From: Lingula anatina
Lineage: Eukaryota; Animalia; Brachiopoda
Assembly (NCBI GenBank): GCA_051362555.1
Contig: CM120643.1
Span: 20,030,848 to 20,094,847, forward strand
Direction of reading: 5' to 3'
DNA length: 64,000 bases
In this document: positions 1 through 35,382 of the stretch, in pieces
How the letters are laid out: every line of letters begins with the position of its first letter
Position numbering within the stretch: the first letter of the stretch is position 1
Made by a program: the position numbers and the translations under genes
Notes under the pieces: model-generated
What the model was told of the DNA's origin: nothing
Database searches by the model: none
What the model saw: only the letters and a program-made list of their open reading frames with translations

Positions 1-191
1 TCTCCAGACATTTTGCTGTGTATTTGGTAGAGGTGCACCAAATGGGAACTTTGCTCAATGCAAAGATCGAATACCCTTATGCGGGTGTGCATACGGAATT
101 GACTCAATCTTTTGAATGGGGATAATTTAACAAGCCTACAGATATATAATTTTGGTATCATTAAAAATACTTGAATCATTTGTGGTGCTTT

Positions 192-956
192 GACCGCATT
201 CACAACGATTTGAGCCAGGCTTTACAAATCCTGGGACTAAATATGGCAGACGTACATGAAAAGAAAACGGTCTAATCTTTTAATAGTCTCTCTGCCTCTC
301 ACACGCCTCCCCACACGTCGTCCCTGCGGGGTACAGTCATTAAATCTTGGCTCCGTTCGCCATGCGAAAGCTACCTGAGAAATATTAAGTGCGTATGCTC
401 ATCAATTAAACGAGGTGAAGAAAGCATGGCGGATGGAGGGGATCGAAGGAAAAAAGCTCTTCTGTTCTATTATCTTTCAAAAAGGAGACGAAAAAGAAAT
501 GAATTGGCCCGTAGAGCAGCAATGAATCGGCTATCTACGGAGATAATGTCACCAGAGATATTCACGGAGATACCCAGCCCCAGTAGACGAAGGAGGAGGA
601 GGGCAGAATTTTTGCCTATGCAGTCTCATCAGAGGGCGCCGTTCGTTCTGATGCTGATGTTTGCCTTGTTTCCTATGCCTAATCGAACTGGAAGGGGGGG
701 GGGGGGGGGTGTTTTCACGATTTTGATCCCGATTCATAGCTGCTCTACGAGCCAATTCATTTCTTTTTCTCAGGTAGCTTCCACATGTTGAACACAGCCG
801 AGATTTAATGACTGTACCCCGCAGGGACGACTTATGGGGAGGTGTGTGAGAGTCGGAGAGACTTTTAAAAGATCAGGCGGTTTTCCTTTCATGTACGTCC
901 GCCATATTTAGTCCCAGGATTTGTAAAGCCTGGCTCAAATCGTTGTGAATGCGGTC
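192..956. mobile_element. PIF/Harbinger-type non-autonomous element with ~190-bp TIRs
   Basis: GACCGCATTCACAACGATTTGAGCCAGGC... and its reverse complement end at 956. 3-bp TTT on both flanks. Confidence 0.8.
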
Positions 957-1688
957 TTTCACTGTATATAAGGTAGCCTGTATTTTAATTTTGTTGCTAC
1001 TGTTCAGTGGGAATGTTCTTAATTTAAGAATTTATGACTTCAAAATACAGTATCTGTAAAAGTCACAATTTTCCCCATTTAAAAATTGAGTCACTACTGT
1101 AAGTTATGTGACCAAAAACCAAAAGTCCAAGTGTAATTGGGCAAGCTGAGGCTAATGACGGGTAGATATATGTCATTCAGCTGACAGATTGTTCAACATA
1201 CAATAATTGAACATTTATAAGTATAATCATTATATTTAAAAACGTAATCATTCAAAGGTATATATTTAAAGGTATAGGGAGGGCCTATTTGCAATGTTTG
1301 CATCCTTCTCAACACAAACTGGTTTGAGTAGATGCCATTTACATATACAAAATTTGGCAATTGCAACCAGGCAGGACAGGCCCATAATATACAGACTTTC
1401 TGGTCTTGTTACAGAAAAAATCACGAGTTGTGTAGGTGTAATAGTTCTTGTTCTTAGTTCTTGTACATCATTACAACCATTGAACAGCTCTGGCCATTTT
1501 TGAAATGAAATCAATTTTGTGATAAATTTGCATTAGGAAGTAAATATACGTAATTTATCAACCATGGATGTTCATGGCAGAAAGAAGTGGTTATTATATT
1601 AGATTGCCCAAAATGTTTTTGGGGGAATTTAGATATAAGTGGAAAAGTATTGAAAATAGAATGAAATCTTTTATCTTGGTGTATTTAG

Positions 1689-1828
1689 CAGGGGTGGATT
1701 CAGAGATATTTTCTGACAGTCTTCCAAATTATCTTTGTTGATCCATCCTCCATTTTTAGATACCCATCAATATAAATTTCAAAATCTGTCTTCTGGAAGA
1801 CCCAGAAGTTGACCTCAATCTGCCCCTG
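1689..1828. mobile_element. CAG-ended MITE with 5-bp TSD
   Basis: TIR CAGGGGTGGATT/AATCTGCCCCTG; TTTAG on both flanks. Confidence 0.7.
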
Positions 1829-3099
1829 TTTAGTGTGTATATTTCATAACATATTGCTTTAAAATGGTTGAAATTGGAGAAGATATGAAGAAAACAATTT
1901 TGTTCCATCTCAAATGCTTTAATTCAATTCATGAGGATATACAAAAATAACAATTATGATGAAATTCTGTACAAACTTATGACTTCTATTCTTCTTGCTC
2001 ACAATCCTGAATAGTTGCATATTATTTTTGTTCAAGTCTACCATGTACTTTAAATTGTCAGTGCACTTTGAAGTCTTGGTGAAGAATATCCATTTCTAAC
2101 AGAACAATATACAAGATTATTTTTCTACGCCTCATTCATTTTACAGAGACATTTACCAAATTCTTCAGTAAAGGAACTGCAATATTGCATGTTTTAAATG
2201 CCATAACTGAGCAAGTCCTTGAAAAATAACAAAATGTGTGAATCACAATGAGAGACCTGATACTTTTTCATACCTTGTGTTTCATTCACTTTTCTCCTAC
2301 ATAGTGATAATATGCGCATTATTGGCACTAGCCAAAAGCTAAATGCCATTTTTGTAAACTAAAACCAAATCTTTGTCATGCCTGTGCCTTCAGTAAAAAA
2401 AAAATAAAATTACAGAAAAAAAAATAGCTTGAATCACAGGTGATAACTGAGGACTCCGGAGACACAAACATACTGCCTACAGAACCATGGTAGAAATCAG
2501 TTTAAAAATTATGTAGTTAGTTAGGCTTGATTCTACACAGTGACTTGAACAGCATACAGTATGACATATCAATTACTTTAATGAAACAAACCCCGAGGTT
2601 AACAAGAATGGGTTAAATTGAGTTACACAATTAAAAAAATTCTCAGATTTCAACATGTATGTGACGAACAGTTCAAGACAGGTGTAAAATTGATGGTGTT
2701 GAATTATCATGAGTAGGCGGCTTCTCTGTGGCAGTGGTACATCTAAGTGCCAAGCACAGGGATGGAAATAATACTACAAGTATTAACCTAAGGAAAGGAT
2801 TTTCTCTTTATTAATTTCCAACAAAATCCCAGTTTCAGGGCATTACACACTCTGGCAACAGTTTCTATTTCACATTCAAATTATAAGATGAAAAGTCCCC
2901 ATTCTTGTGGTGCAGCAGTTGGTAAAGGTACAAAATAATCTGCTGGTTGTGGAGGCACTCTAAAGCTGTGTTACCATTCTAGTTAGGCCTACTCATCTTG
3001 GTCCAACTATTTTAAGCAGGTCAAATGCTCAAGAATTAACTCACTAGTGACGGCCCAACTAATCCCCAAGATTTCCAGTCCACCATTTACATAAGTTTA

Positions 3100-3257
3100 C
3101 AGGCCCGTAGCCAGGGGGTTCAAAAGAACCTCCCTTTTTGCTGGGAAAAGGTCCCCTCTGGGTAAAATTTAATCTAGGTACAAGAAGGTTTCATGGTAAA
3201 AGGTCCATTTTTTCAGAAAAAAGAACTCCCCTTTTGAAATTGCTGGCTACAGGCCTG
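3100..3257. mobile_element. ~160-bp MITE family (CAGGCCCGTAGCCAG TIR), copy 1
   Basis: 15-bp TIR. The internal sequence is shared with copies at 47496, 53335 and 60545. Flanks GTTTA/TTTTA. Confidence 0.8.
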
Positions 3258-3425
3258 TTTTACAGAGCAACCTTACCTCTAATTTTCTTCCTACTATGAA
3301 CTATGTGCAAGTGGATGGCCTGCTGGGATGGGATGTTGGTAGATTGTGCCGATTAAAGTTGGCCTATCTCAACTGGAAACCTGCCTAGAGGTGATGACAT
3401 GCAGCTAACTGCATTAATTTTCTAT

Positions 3426-3650
3426 GACCGGGTTCCCATAACCCTATCATACTAGCAGGATCAGTCTAACTCCAAGGGGATTCTGGCTAAATTTAAGTGG
3501 CTGAACTGTCTGTAATGCCCACTGAAACTGCTGGGGGGGGTGGGGGGTGGTAATTAACTTTAGTGCACGCTTAAACTATAGCAATTTAACGAGAATCCCC
3601 TTGGAAATGGATCGATCATGCTAGTACAATAGGGTTATGGGAATGGTCTC
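3426..3650. mobile_element. Palindromic MITE (..TTCCCA.. TIR group)
   Basis: About 60-bp imperfect inverted ends; shares GGTAATTAACTTT with the 25068 copy. Confidence 0.65.
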
Positions 3651-4383
3651 TAAATCACAACCAAAATCTCACAGGAACAGCACCTAAACTTGTGGCGTGC
3701 AAAACAATCAAACGCTCACCATCAAAACAGCAGTCGTCTTTTTTCAAACTCAGAGACATGGGTTGAATACAAAGGAAGACAACAAAAACTGCCAGTACAT
3801 GTCCCAGTCTGTCATCACCTGAACTTTATATACAACAAAGTGGATTCAGTTTATGTCTTAGGTAAACCATCTATAATCAAACATACTGAAATTTACATTA
3901 TATTTTTCACTTATATACAAAATACAAATGCTAGCTGGAACCGTTTGTATATAGTTAAGTATATACTGTATAATAACAATATGATCACTTGTTTCTGAAT
4001 CAATTTTACTTCAGGGGCTATAATCCTTGGCAGGACAATAAAATATCCCATGTATGGACTGTATAAGAAAACATATTTAAACATTTCACAGAACACAACC
4101 TAACGAATGACTCCCAGCGTCATGGTATCCCCATTTTTAAGTAATAATCACATTGTGTCATCTGGACACAGCAAATCTCCAGTCACTCCAGACATAGAAT
4201 TCTTTAAGTAGCTTACAACTGGCCAAACTTCTTGATACCAGTGTTAGAACCCAACAATCAAATGCAAAAATTCTTGTTATGTTAATTTTAATATGTAAAC
4301 CATTTGAACTTCAATGTGACTTACAACTACATCACATCTACAGTGTTGCTATAAAAACTTTTCATCATAATTAAATGGATTTT

Positions 4384-27458
<23,075 letters not shown>

Positions 27459-28335
27459 GTTGTCTGTTTTAAATTCTCTTTTTTTTTTATCAATCCAATA
27501 TCTTTCTTCTATTGTCAAAAATGCATTATTACTGGCAATCCAGTATTGTTTTTGCACTGTGGTTGTTCTTATTGTGGCTCTCACCACTGCTTAGTTGAAA
27601 TCACTATACCATTGCTGGAACAGAAATGCATAATACATTAGAATGTGAGTCGTGGTTATGCTGGGCAATGGTCACATGAATCAGGGATGAGACTGCAATT
27701 TAGTTAAAAGTCAGAAAATATGGCATGGGGAATAGTCATGCAGAAAAATCGTCACTGCATGCTGGGCAAAGGTCATTGGGAGAGTGAGGGATCCCACCAA
27801 CCTTAGAATTTCAATCTCATTTATTCTATTTTCACTATTTTTTGTTTTTAAGTAGTTTTAAGATAATTTTTAAGCAAAACTGAATAATTTTAGTAGATTA
27901 AGAATACTAGATTGTACAGTGCATACAGAAAACTGTTAAGTGCAATTTAATGCACTATACAAAAATAAACATTATCATTATTAGGTCTTGGTTTGATCAG
28001 GCGTGAACGAGGCTTTACAACAAATTCCTGCAGCAGACATCAAGATGATAAAAGATCTACACACGATACCACAAAAAGAATCCTCACCTTTTAGATATCT
28101 TTCATACACACATACGTCTATGCAGGAAACCTGTGAATATTTCAACCACCTAGTATATTTTCAAATAAATTATATCCGCATCAGCTGATCTCTTTCCTCC
28201 CTATTCCAATCTGCTGGTAAACATTTGTGGTTTGGTCAAGTACAAGTAGTTCCATCTGTGATGATCAGCAGTTCAAATGAAAAAAAAAAAAGTGATCAAT
28301 GCCACAGTACGCTGCGTGTGTTAATCCCCATTCAC

Positions 28336-28516
28336 CTTCAGTGGTGGACTTCATACAAAATTCATGCCTTCTTTTCCCATGTTCTTGCTTTGGGTAAGGC
28401 GGCAACAGGCAGAAGGTTCAAGTGTTCTTTCCACAATGTGTCGGAGCTGGTAGAGAATCCAGAGATGGTATCACATGATGATTCATGCAGTAGGTTGTGT
28501 ATCTCTCACTGTTCAC
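28336..28516 (-). other. Candidate 5'UTR exon of PPP1R16
   Basis: ttgttattgcag acceptor and AAG|gtgaat donor enclose a 181-nt, more GC-rich segment upstream of coding exon 1. Confidence 0.4.
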
Positions 28517-30165
28517 CTGCAATAACAAATGGGAGTCTCTTGAGTAATAACCTTTATGTACACCACTTTTCCACGCCAGTCCATACTACATGTCTGGGCA
28601 CCATCATATATACTAGGATACAAATTATGAAACGGGCTAAAAACTGTTAGCTGGACTTTTTTTCTCTTAAATCAGACTAAAAAAGCCTCAGGATTTTGGT
28701 GGTGAAGGGAAAGAAGAATTGCTAAAGCAAAATCTCTCTTAACCCAACACCTAATGATACCTGTGTAGCAGCTTGATAAACGTATCACGTTTTCCTGTTC
28801 TTGTTTCACATCAACCAAGATCCCATTATTTTTATACACAACCTTGTACTATATATGGAGACAGGAATGACAAATGTTACTGTCTCTCACAAAAATCTAC
28901 AGTACATCTAACATCCCAGCCTATATTATAAGACTAATTTTCATAATAACATACTGAGAAAACAATGACAGAGGAAAATGGATTTAATTGAAATGTTATA
29001 AAATACACTCTTATATTATTTATATGCAGGATTCCCAAGTTTTTCCACTTCCTAAAAAAGGCAAATGCATAATAAAAATAACATATTAAGGCAAAACTAC
29101 TGGTATAAATGCATTTCATTTTTGCTGTATAAATTATAATCAAAATTTATAAATTTGAGAATATATATTTTAAAGAGGTGATATCAAATGATTCCCCCAA
29201 AATAATAAAATGAAACCTCAAACCTGCAGTTGAAACTGTATGTTAGCAACCTTAATCAACATTGCACGCAGACACCTTTGAAATATCATGAAGTGTTTGG
29301 ATCACAACTTCCCGATTCCAGATTTTTTTTTACTGTATCAATAACAGCTTACATGATTTAGTTAGCCTGATTCCATGACATTACCATAACACCATTCTGA
29401 ATTGATTGGTTATCTTTATGGGGACGCCAGAAAAAAAAAACAAAAAAAAAAACAAAAAACAGATCACTAAATATTCATTAATGCATTGGGGAAAAAAAAA
29501 AAAGAAAATAATTGCTGCCAGCACTGGATTAGATAAATACAGCCAAATTCACAGGGGGGAAAAAATAGGAAATTAACCTCGTGTTTAAACAATATGCTTT
29601 ACCACAGCAAGTGTAGCAGCAATCAGACATTGCTTTCAATTTCACCATCCATGGAAAATAAAACCTGAACAAAACATCCATTTTTGAGAAGTGATATTAC
29701 ACACACATGCACGCACACACACACACACATCAAAGCAACCAACACATCAGAACAACGACACAATCCTTTTCCTTGTTAGTCAGTAATTCCATGTCTAAGC
29801 CAATGTTATAGGATTGATCTACCACATACATTAATATTTAGCAAAACTATGCCGATACCAAATATAAAACATTTGCTTTCATGATCATGATATTATTTTC
29901 AATTGCAATACTTAGAAGAAAAGAGCCATGTTCATCAGTCACAGACAACAGATTGTTGACTTGTCAAACCACTATATAGGCCTGATACCAACTGATGCGA
30001 AACTTTTACCATAAATTCTTCAATGCAAGGACTGACATATTTTCAAATTGCTCTTTAAATAATTCAGACATAATTAGAAAAACTAATACACAAAGTCCTG
30101 CTGAGAATAAGGAACCTGTATGCTGACGCCTGTTATACAGTACAAGAGCCTTGATCGGTGCATAT

Positions 30166-30399
30166 GACTTTATTCCCATAGACACGATCAACCCTGCAAG
30201 GGCTCTCAGTAAGTACAATCAGCTTTCTGCATCATGCTTCCTTTCGTTCCCAATGTACTCATAGGATCACCAGCTTTTCTGTATTCTACTTAATGCCAGG
30301 AGGAGGTGTGTTAATCTGTTGAAATGATTGCATTCAGCAAGAGTCCCCGCAGAGTTGGATCAATCTACATAGACCAATGGTGTCTATGGGAAAGGGGCC
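30166..30399. mobile_element. Harbinger-type MITE (..ATTCCCA.. TIR group)
   Basis: TTCCCATAGACAC/GTGTCTATGGGAA ends; TAT on both flanks. Confidence 0.75.
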
Positions 30400-31604
30400 T
30401 ATAGCATACTAGCTTTAATGAAACTTGAAACTGCCATCATTCTTTTTCTATTTTTATGCCCATTTGATAGAAAAATCCATATGTCGTGGTTAGCTTGTGA
30501 AGAATTGTTAATTGCATACGTTGATACTACTTTGTACCACAATGGTGCAACAAAAATGTAAGTATGCATGCATGCGCGTGCATGGGCACATTCACAATCC
30601 ATTCCCATCCATTCAACATGCACACAAAATGCATCAACAAAATTCTTTAAAAGCTAATCTGAGTTCACTGGACTTTACTGTAAATTCTTTCAACACAATT
30701 TACAATTTCAAGATCTACATGAAATCATCAGACTAGACAATTACCTTTGGGGATTGAGCAGTTCCACATCAACAGTTCTCTCCCCCTACTCTCTCTCTCT
30801 TTTCACCAATCAGAACTTCCTCAAATCTTGACAGCACCTTTCGGGTCAAACTGTGCTGCCCGACTTCAAGAGTCAATCGATGAGGTTGAAAAAAAATCAA
30901 CGCCCCCAGACAAAAAGTCACAGGGCCTTAGGAATGCACCATTGACACCTACCGCTTACACATTGGCAACTCTTTGAGAGCAGAGCAAATAGTTAATTAT
31001 TATCAATAATGGGTACTTCATACAGGGTATCAATACTGTGCAAATAGTTATGGATTGTAGAAGGCTGCCACATAATGTCAACTATTACATTATAACATAA
31101 GACCATGAACAAGGCACTGTCAATATTGGGTTTAATCTGCCTATTTAGAAATGAACCAAGGCAGATTACTTTCAGCCAGGCTACCAGGGGTAAAACTCTA
31201 AACCAAATACTCAAGATCATTTATTTTGGCTGAAGAAAATGAAAGGCAGTGGACACGATTTCTGGTCCAAAATGAACAGTTAAGGGATTTCCATGGAACT
31301 AAGGATAGAAAGGGGTAAATTAAGCAAAAGTATCCATAATCACGCCTGAAACAATTGGCAGTATATTGAATACTTTTTTCTTTCCTTTTTTTTCTGTTAT
31401 TCAGGCAACCTCCTTTTTTCACCTGACCAGACTGTATTCAAGCAATACATACTAATCCCCATTACTTGTGTCAACACTTGAAAGTATCAATTCCTACAAC
31501 AGTTAAAACCCTTGTACCAATCAACATTTCTACACCACTGACAGCATTATTATGAAAGACAGGTACCGGTTTTCTCCCATCAAGACTGCTAAAACTTTGA
31601 TTAC

Positions 31605-31606
<2 letters not shown>

Positions 31607-31677
<71 letters not shown>
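31607..31677. repeat. (CT)n microsatellite
   Basis: About 35 perfect CT units. Confidence 0.95.
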
Positions 31678-31680
<3 letters not shown>

Positions 31681-33056
31681 TATTCATTATTCTTAGTGTT
31701 TGTAAACATGTTCTCCTCTGGGAGGAGGGGGATGCAGGGGTCAATCAAGTTAGTATTTCTTGGAAAAAGAACACCAAATGTTTTAAATTTCAATACGCAC
31801 AGAATAAGAACTGAGAGTCAGCCCACAGTGAGCTGTGGTCTGACTGTACTATAATTTTTTTTCACTTCTATTTAGTGCCAATTGAAATCATTAAGTAATA
31901 TATTTGAAATAAATGTATGTAGAGCTAATTCAAATTTGAAATCTGTAGACAGATATATAGATAAGTAAATAAACATTTCAAATATTCATGATTATCCTTT
32001 GCAACTGGCAAATATTCTATAATATATTTACAAGCTAGAAAGAGACAATGCCTCATCCGCAAACAAGATTCAAAACAAATGAAATCCTTCAGCGTGTACA
32101 AAGCAGATATTAGCCCTGCTGCCTTGATTTGGTTTTGTCGATAATAACAGACCAATTTTAAGTGGTTTAGAGATAGATTACCCCTCCTTAGTGAAGCAGA
32201 TGTACACAAAGCAGATGACATTTACAAAGATGCAATAATGATCATGTTCAAAGTGCATGCATCGGCCAAATCACGCAGACATCTAATACAGTAGTTCTAC
32301 AGGATCAAATTTTACTAGGCAGAGATAAATTAAATTGCATGATGCACATTGCATAAAAGGTTAATTTACTAGTACACTGAGCTTTAACAAAATGAATTAT
32401 AAAAATATTTTTACTGACCACAAAATCTTAGGAGCCCCCGCTTCTCTATATGCCCCTCCCACACAGCACAAAAATACACAGTATCACTGCCCCACCCAAA
32501 CATCAGCCAAAACATACACAATAAATGTGAATATCAGCAAAAGAAGTTGCTATTACAACAGGCATTAGACACTTGTACAGCAAGCATACGTTTTACCAGA
32601 TTAATTTCATTAGCTTGCCAAATTTCCATATACCACTTTATATATTATTACCTAGCGTGCAATCTCCTAAACGCCTAATAGAAGACATATTAAACCCACT
32701 ACATGACATTCTGACTGAATAATTCACCTACTTAAACATATTCAGCAAGCATTCCCTAGGCTGTCAGAGTGGTTAGATAATCTGTTCCTAGGGATTTCAG
32801 TTTCCTGAGCCTGAAAACAGATATCATAGACCTCTTGACGTCATTTCTTTCTTCAAAAGAACTAGTTTAGTTCAAAAATTTGGTCTGAACTTTAACACAA
32901 AAATTTGATATACTTCAGTTCGAGATCAAACCATAATTATCCCATACATGTGGGTCTGACACAGTGTCTTTCTTGGTATTAAACAGACCCAATAATTTAT
33001 TTAACAGAACTTCCACTGATTACCTTACGTCAAAGCAGATTTTATTTTTAGTCTAA

Positions 33057-33322
33057 GTTCACATTCACAACAGATGATCCTCCGATCTTCTAGTCAGCGT
33101 ATCAAATATGGTGGACCCCTCATGAAAGCAAGACCGCCTAATCCTTTAATGGTCTCCTCGTCTCCACACAGATTCAATTTAGCTTCGAGGGCTAGGCCCC
33201 AGGAAAGGGGAGGGGCGGCAGGAAGACCATTAAGGGGCAAGGCAGCCTTGCTTTCAAGTGGAGTCCGCCATATTTGATTCACGGACCAGCAGATCCAAGG
33301 ATCATCTGTTGTGAATGCGACC
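33057..33322. mobile_element. Harbinger/Tourist-type MITE
   Basis: TIR CATTCACAACAGATGATCCT..CAAATATGG; TAA on both flanks. Confidence 0.8.
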
Positions 33323-35202
33323 TAAGTCTCAAAATTAAGACTAATTTTCAGGCTTAAGTTGTGACACTGGCCAGTGATCATGTCCATCAAAGCTGTCCAC
33401 AGCTTTACACAGTTATTAAGACAATTACTAGGAAACAACAGCATTTTTACTGACTGTTTGTGTAATCCTCCTAAACCAATGCTGCAGATCCACTTTGCAC
33501 AGTTGGCTGTAGATCTGATTTTAGCAATCAAGACTTAAAGCACAGATTTGGGACTTCTTTTTAAACCTACCCCTACACAATGTCCATCAGAGTCATCTCT
33601 CCTCTCAGTTTCACCACCCCACCGATGAATATTTCAATAGGGTAAAAGCTCATTAATATCGCACGCACTTCCCCTTTTTTGTCAGAATTCATCACATTTA
33701 GATACTAGCAAAAACAAGAAAAAATCTTACTAGGATGTTACATCTGTCAACCTGCACATATTTTTTCTGAAATTTATAATATCTAACGTATCTACATTTT
33801 GAAACATTAATTTTCAATTCTGTTTTAATTTTATGAATAATTACCGTAGTCCCAGCACACCTGAATTTCTAATTAAGTCCTCTGTGAGTATAAAACACAG
33901 TCAGTCTATGGGCATAGGGCTAATTGCCTGCTGGTTGTCTTTAGCCTATAATTGCCATTAGAAATTACATGATATAATCAGGACAGTTGCCTGTCACATG
34001 TCTACTTAGGCTTCTTTGGCCTGGATGTGTTTACATCAGACCTTACTTACACCAAAAACACTTAATGCTTAATGAACCAGCTGGGACTATACAAAGCAAT
34101 TTTGCAAGGAGTGAGGTGGTTTTCTTTTCTGAAAAAGTGGGCCTTTTTTACCCTCTTAGCCAACTGATTGAATCAAAATGAGAAAGGGCATGCATAGAGA
34201 CTGTTTACTAGTTATCAAATTTTGATATAGAGCAGACCTTTCAAGTAAGGTCAGTACTTTCTAACCCCCTCCCCCATGCCACCAGACACGATGTGACATT
34301 AAAAAAAAATACCATGTCCTTACCAACACTGGACTTCGGTCAAATGTTTATTTCAAATACACAGAAAAACTAACAATAGTGTTCCAAAAAAGATTACGAT
34401 TAGCCAGCGATGGCTTCACAATCCATAAATTCATCTTCAGTTTTTAGTTTATTTTGCTGTGAATATTCTGTACATTCATTTAGTTTCAGTGGCCAATGTG
34501 GGACTGACAGATATCTGACTTTCCATTCTGGTGCAAAACTGTCAAAACATTTATACTGGAATATATATTATTGAGAAATCTTCACCCTAAACGGTTAAGA
34601 GGAAATATCATGGGGATTGAACAACCGCAGAGTTCTTAAAAGCAGAAATTGTGTACGCACACTCGTGGCAGTTATTTGTTTTAGCTGTATGCCTTATATA
34701 ATTCACGCTTTGATTAAAGAAATCGTTCTTGGTGGAAGATATGATAAATTGCTGAATTAGTCCAACTATTTATCAACATGGCATTGCTCTCAAGAAGTGA
34801 TGAGCTATGGCAGCTATCAGTCTTTAGCACAGATGAATCTAGTTTCTACAATCTACACAAAATTTTTCACGAAAATTGTTGTTTTTAATATATACAAATA
34901 AAACACCTTAACTGTTGTCAATCTTCTGTTTCTGAATATTTTTCTCTATAAAAAACAGAGCAACTTTCTTGACTGACTGACTGAATCAATTTATTACATA
35001 AAAAGGAGGAAATACACGACAGGAAGCCAACTCCGTCTTTGCTTTACACAACAATAAAAGCAATGAATCCTGAAAAATGATTTATTAGGTTCCAGTCAGG
35101 GCTTATCTTAACATGTTGCCTGTGGCCTTCAATTTAAACTGGATCCATTACAAATCAGGAAGATTTTACCACAGTACTGCTGCCATTTCCTCTGTGGTCA
35201 TC

Positions 35203-35382
35203 GGGGTCAGCGCGCTGTGCCGAGGGTTCGCTGTGCCGAGGGTTCGCTGTGCCGACAAAACCGGAAAATTGGTCTAAAATCGGCTAAGTTTTTCCGGAGC
35301 CCCAAAATCAAAGGTTCGCTATGCCGAAGGTTCGCTGTGCCGAAAGGATCTGGTTCGCTGTGCCGAGGGTTCGCTGCGCCGA
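35203..35382 (+). repeat. Left terminal array of the MULE (about 7 x 16-bp units)
   Basis: GGTTCGCT(G/A)TGCCGA(G/A) units in two clusters separated by a ~55-bp spacer. Confidence 0.9.

Noticed and set aside
27459-27587. N-terminal extension of ORF 27147..27587 from a GTG start
   Set aside because: Family similarity begins at MADHSELVAE (ATG 27458). The upstream part is treated as 5'UTR.
31530-31854. ORFs with RE/SL dipeptide runs (also 10749-11127, 51654-51958, 63169-63393)
   Set aside because: Produced by microsatellites.
34320-34330. Isolated minus-strand donor-like sites (also ~57875 and ~63830)
   Set aside because: No matching acceptor or promoter could be supported; such motifs occur by chance.
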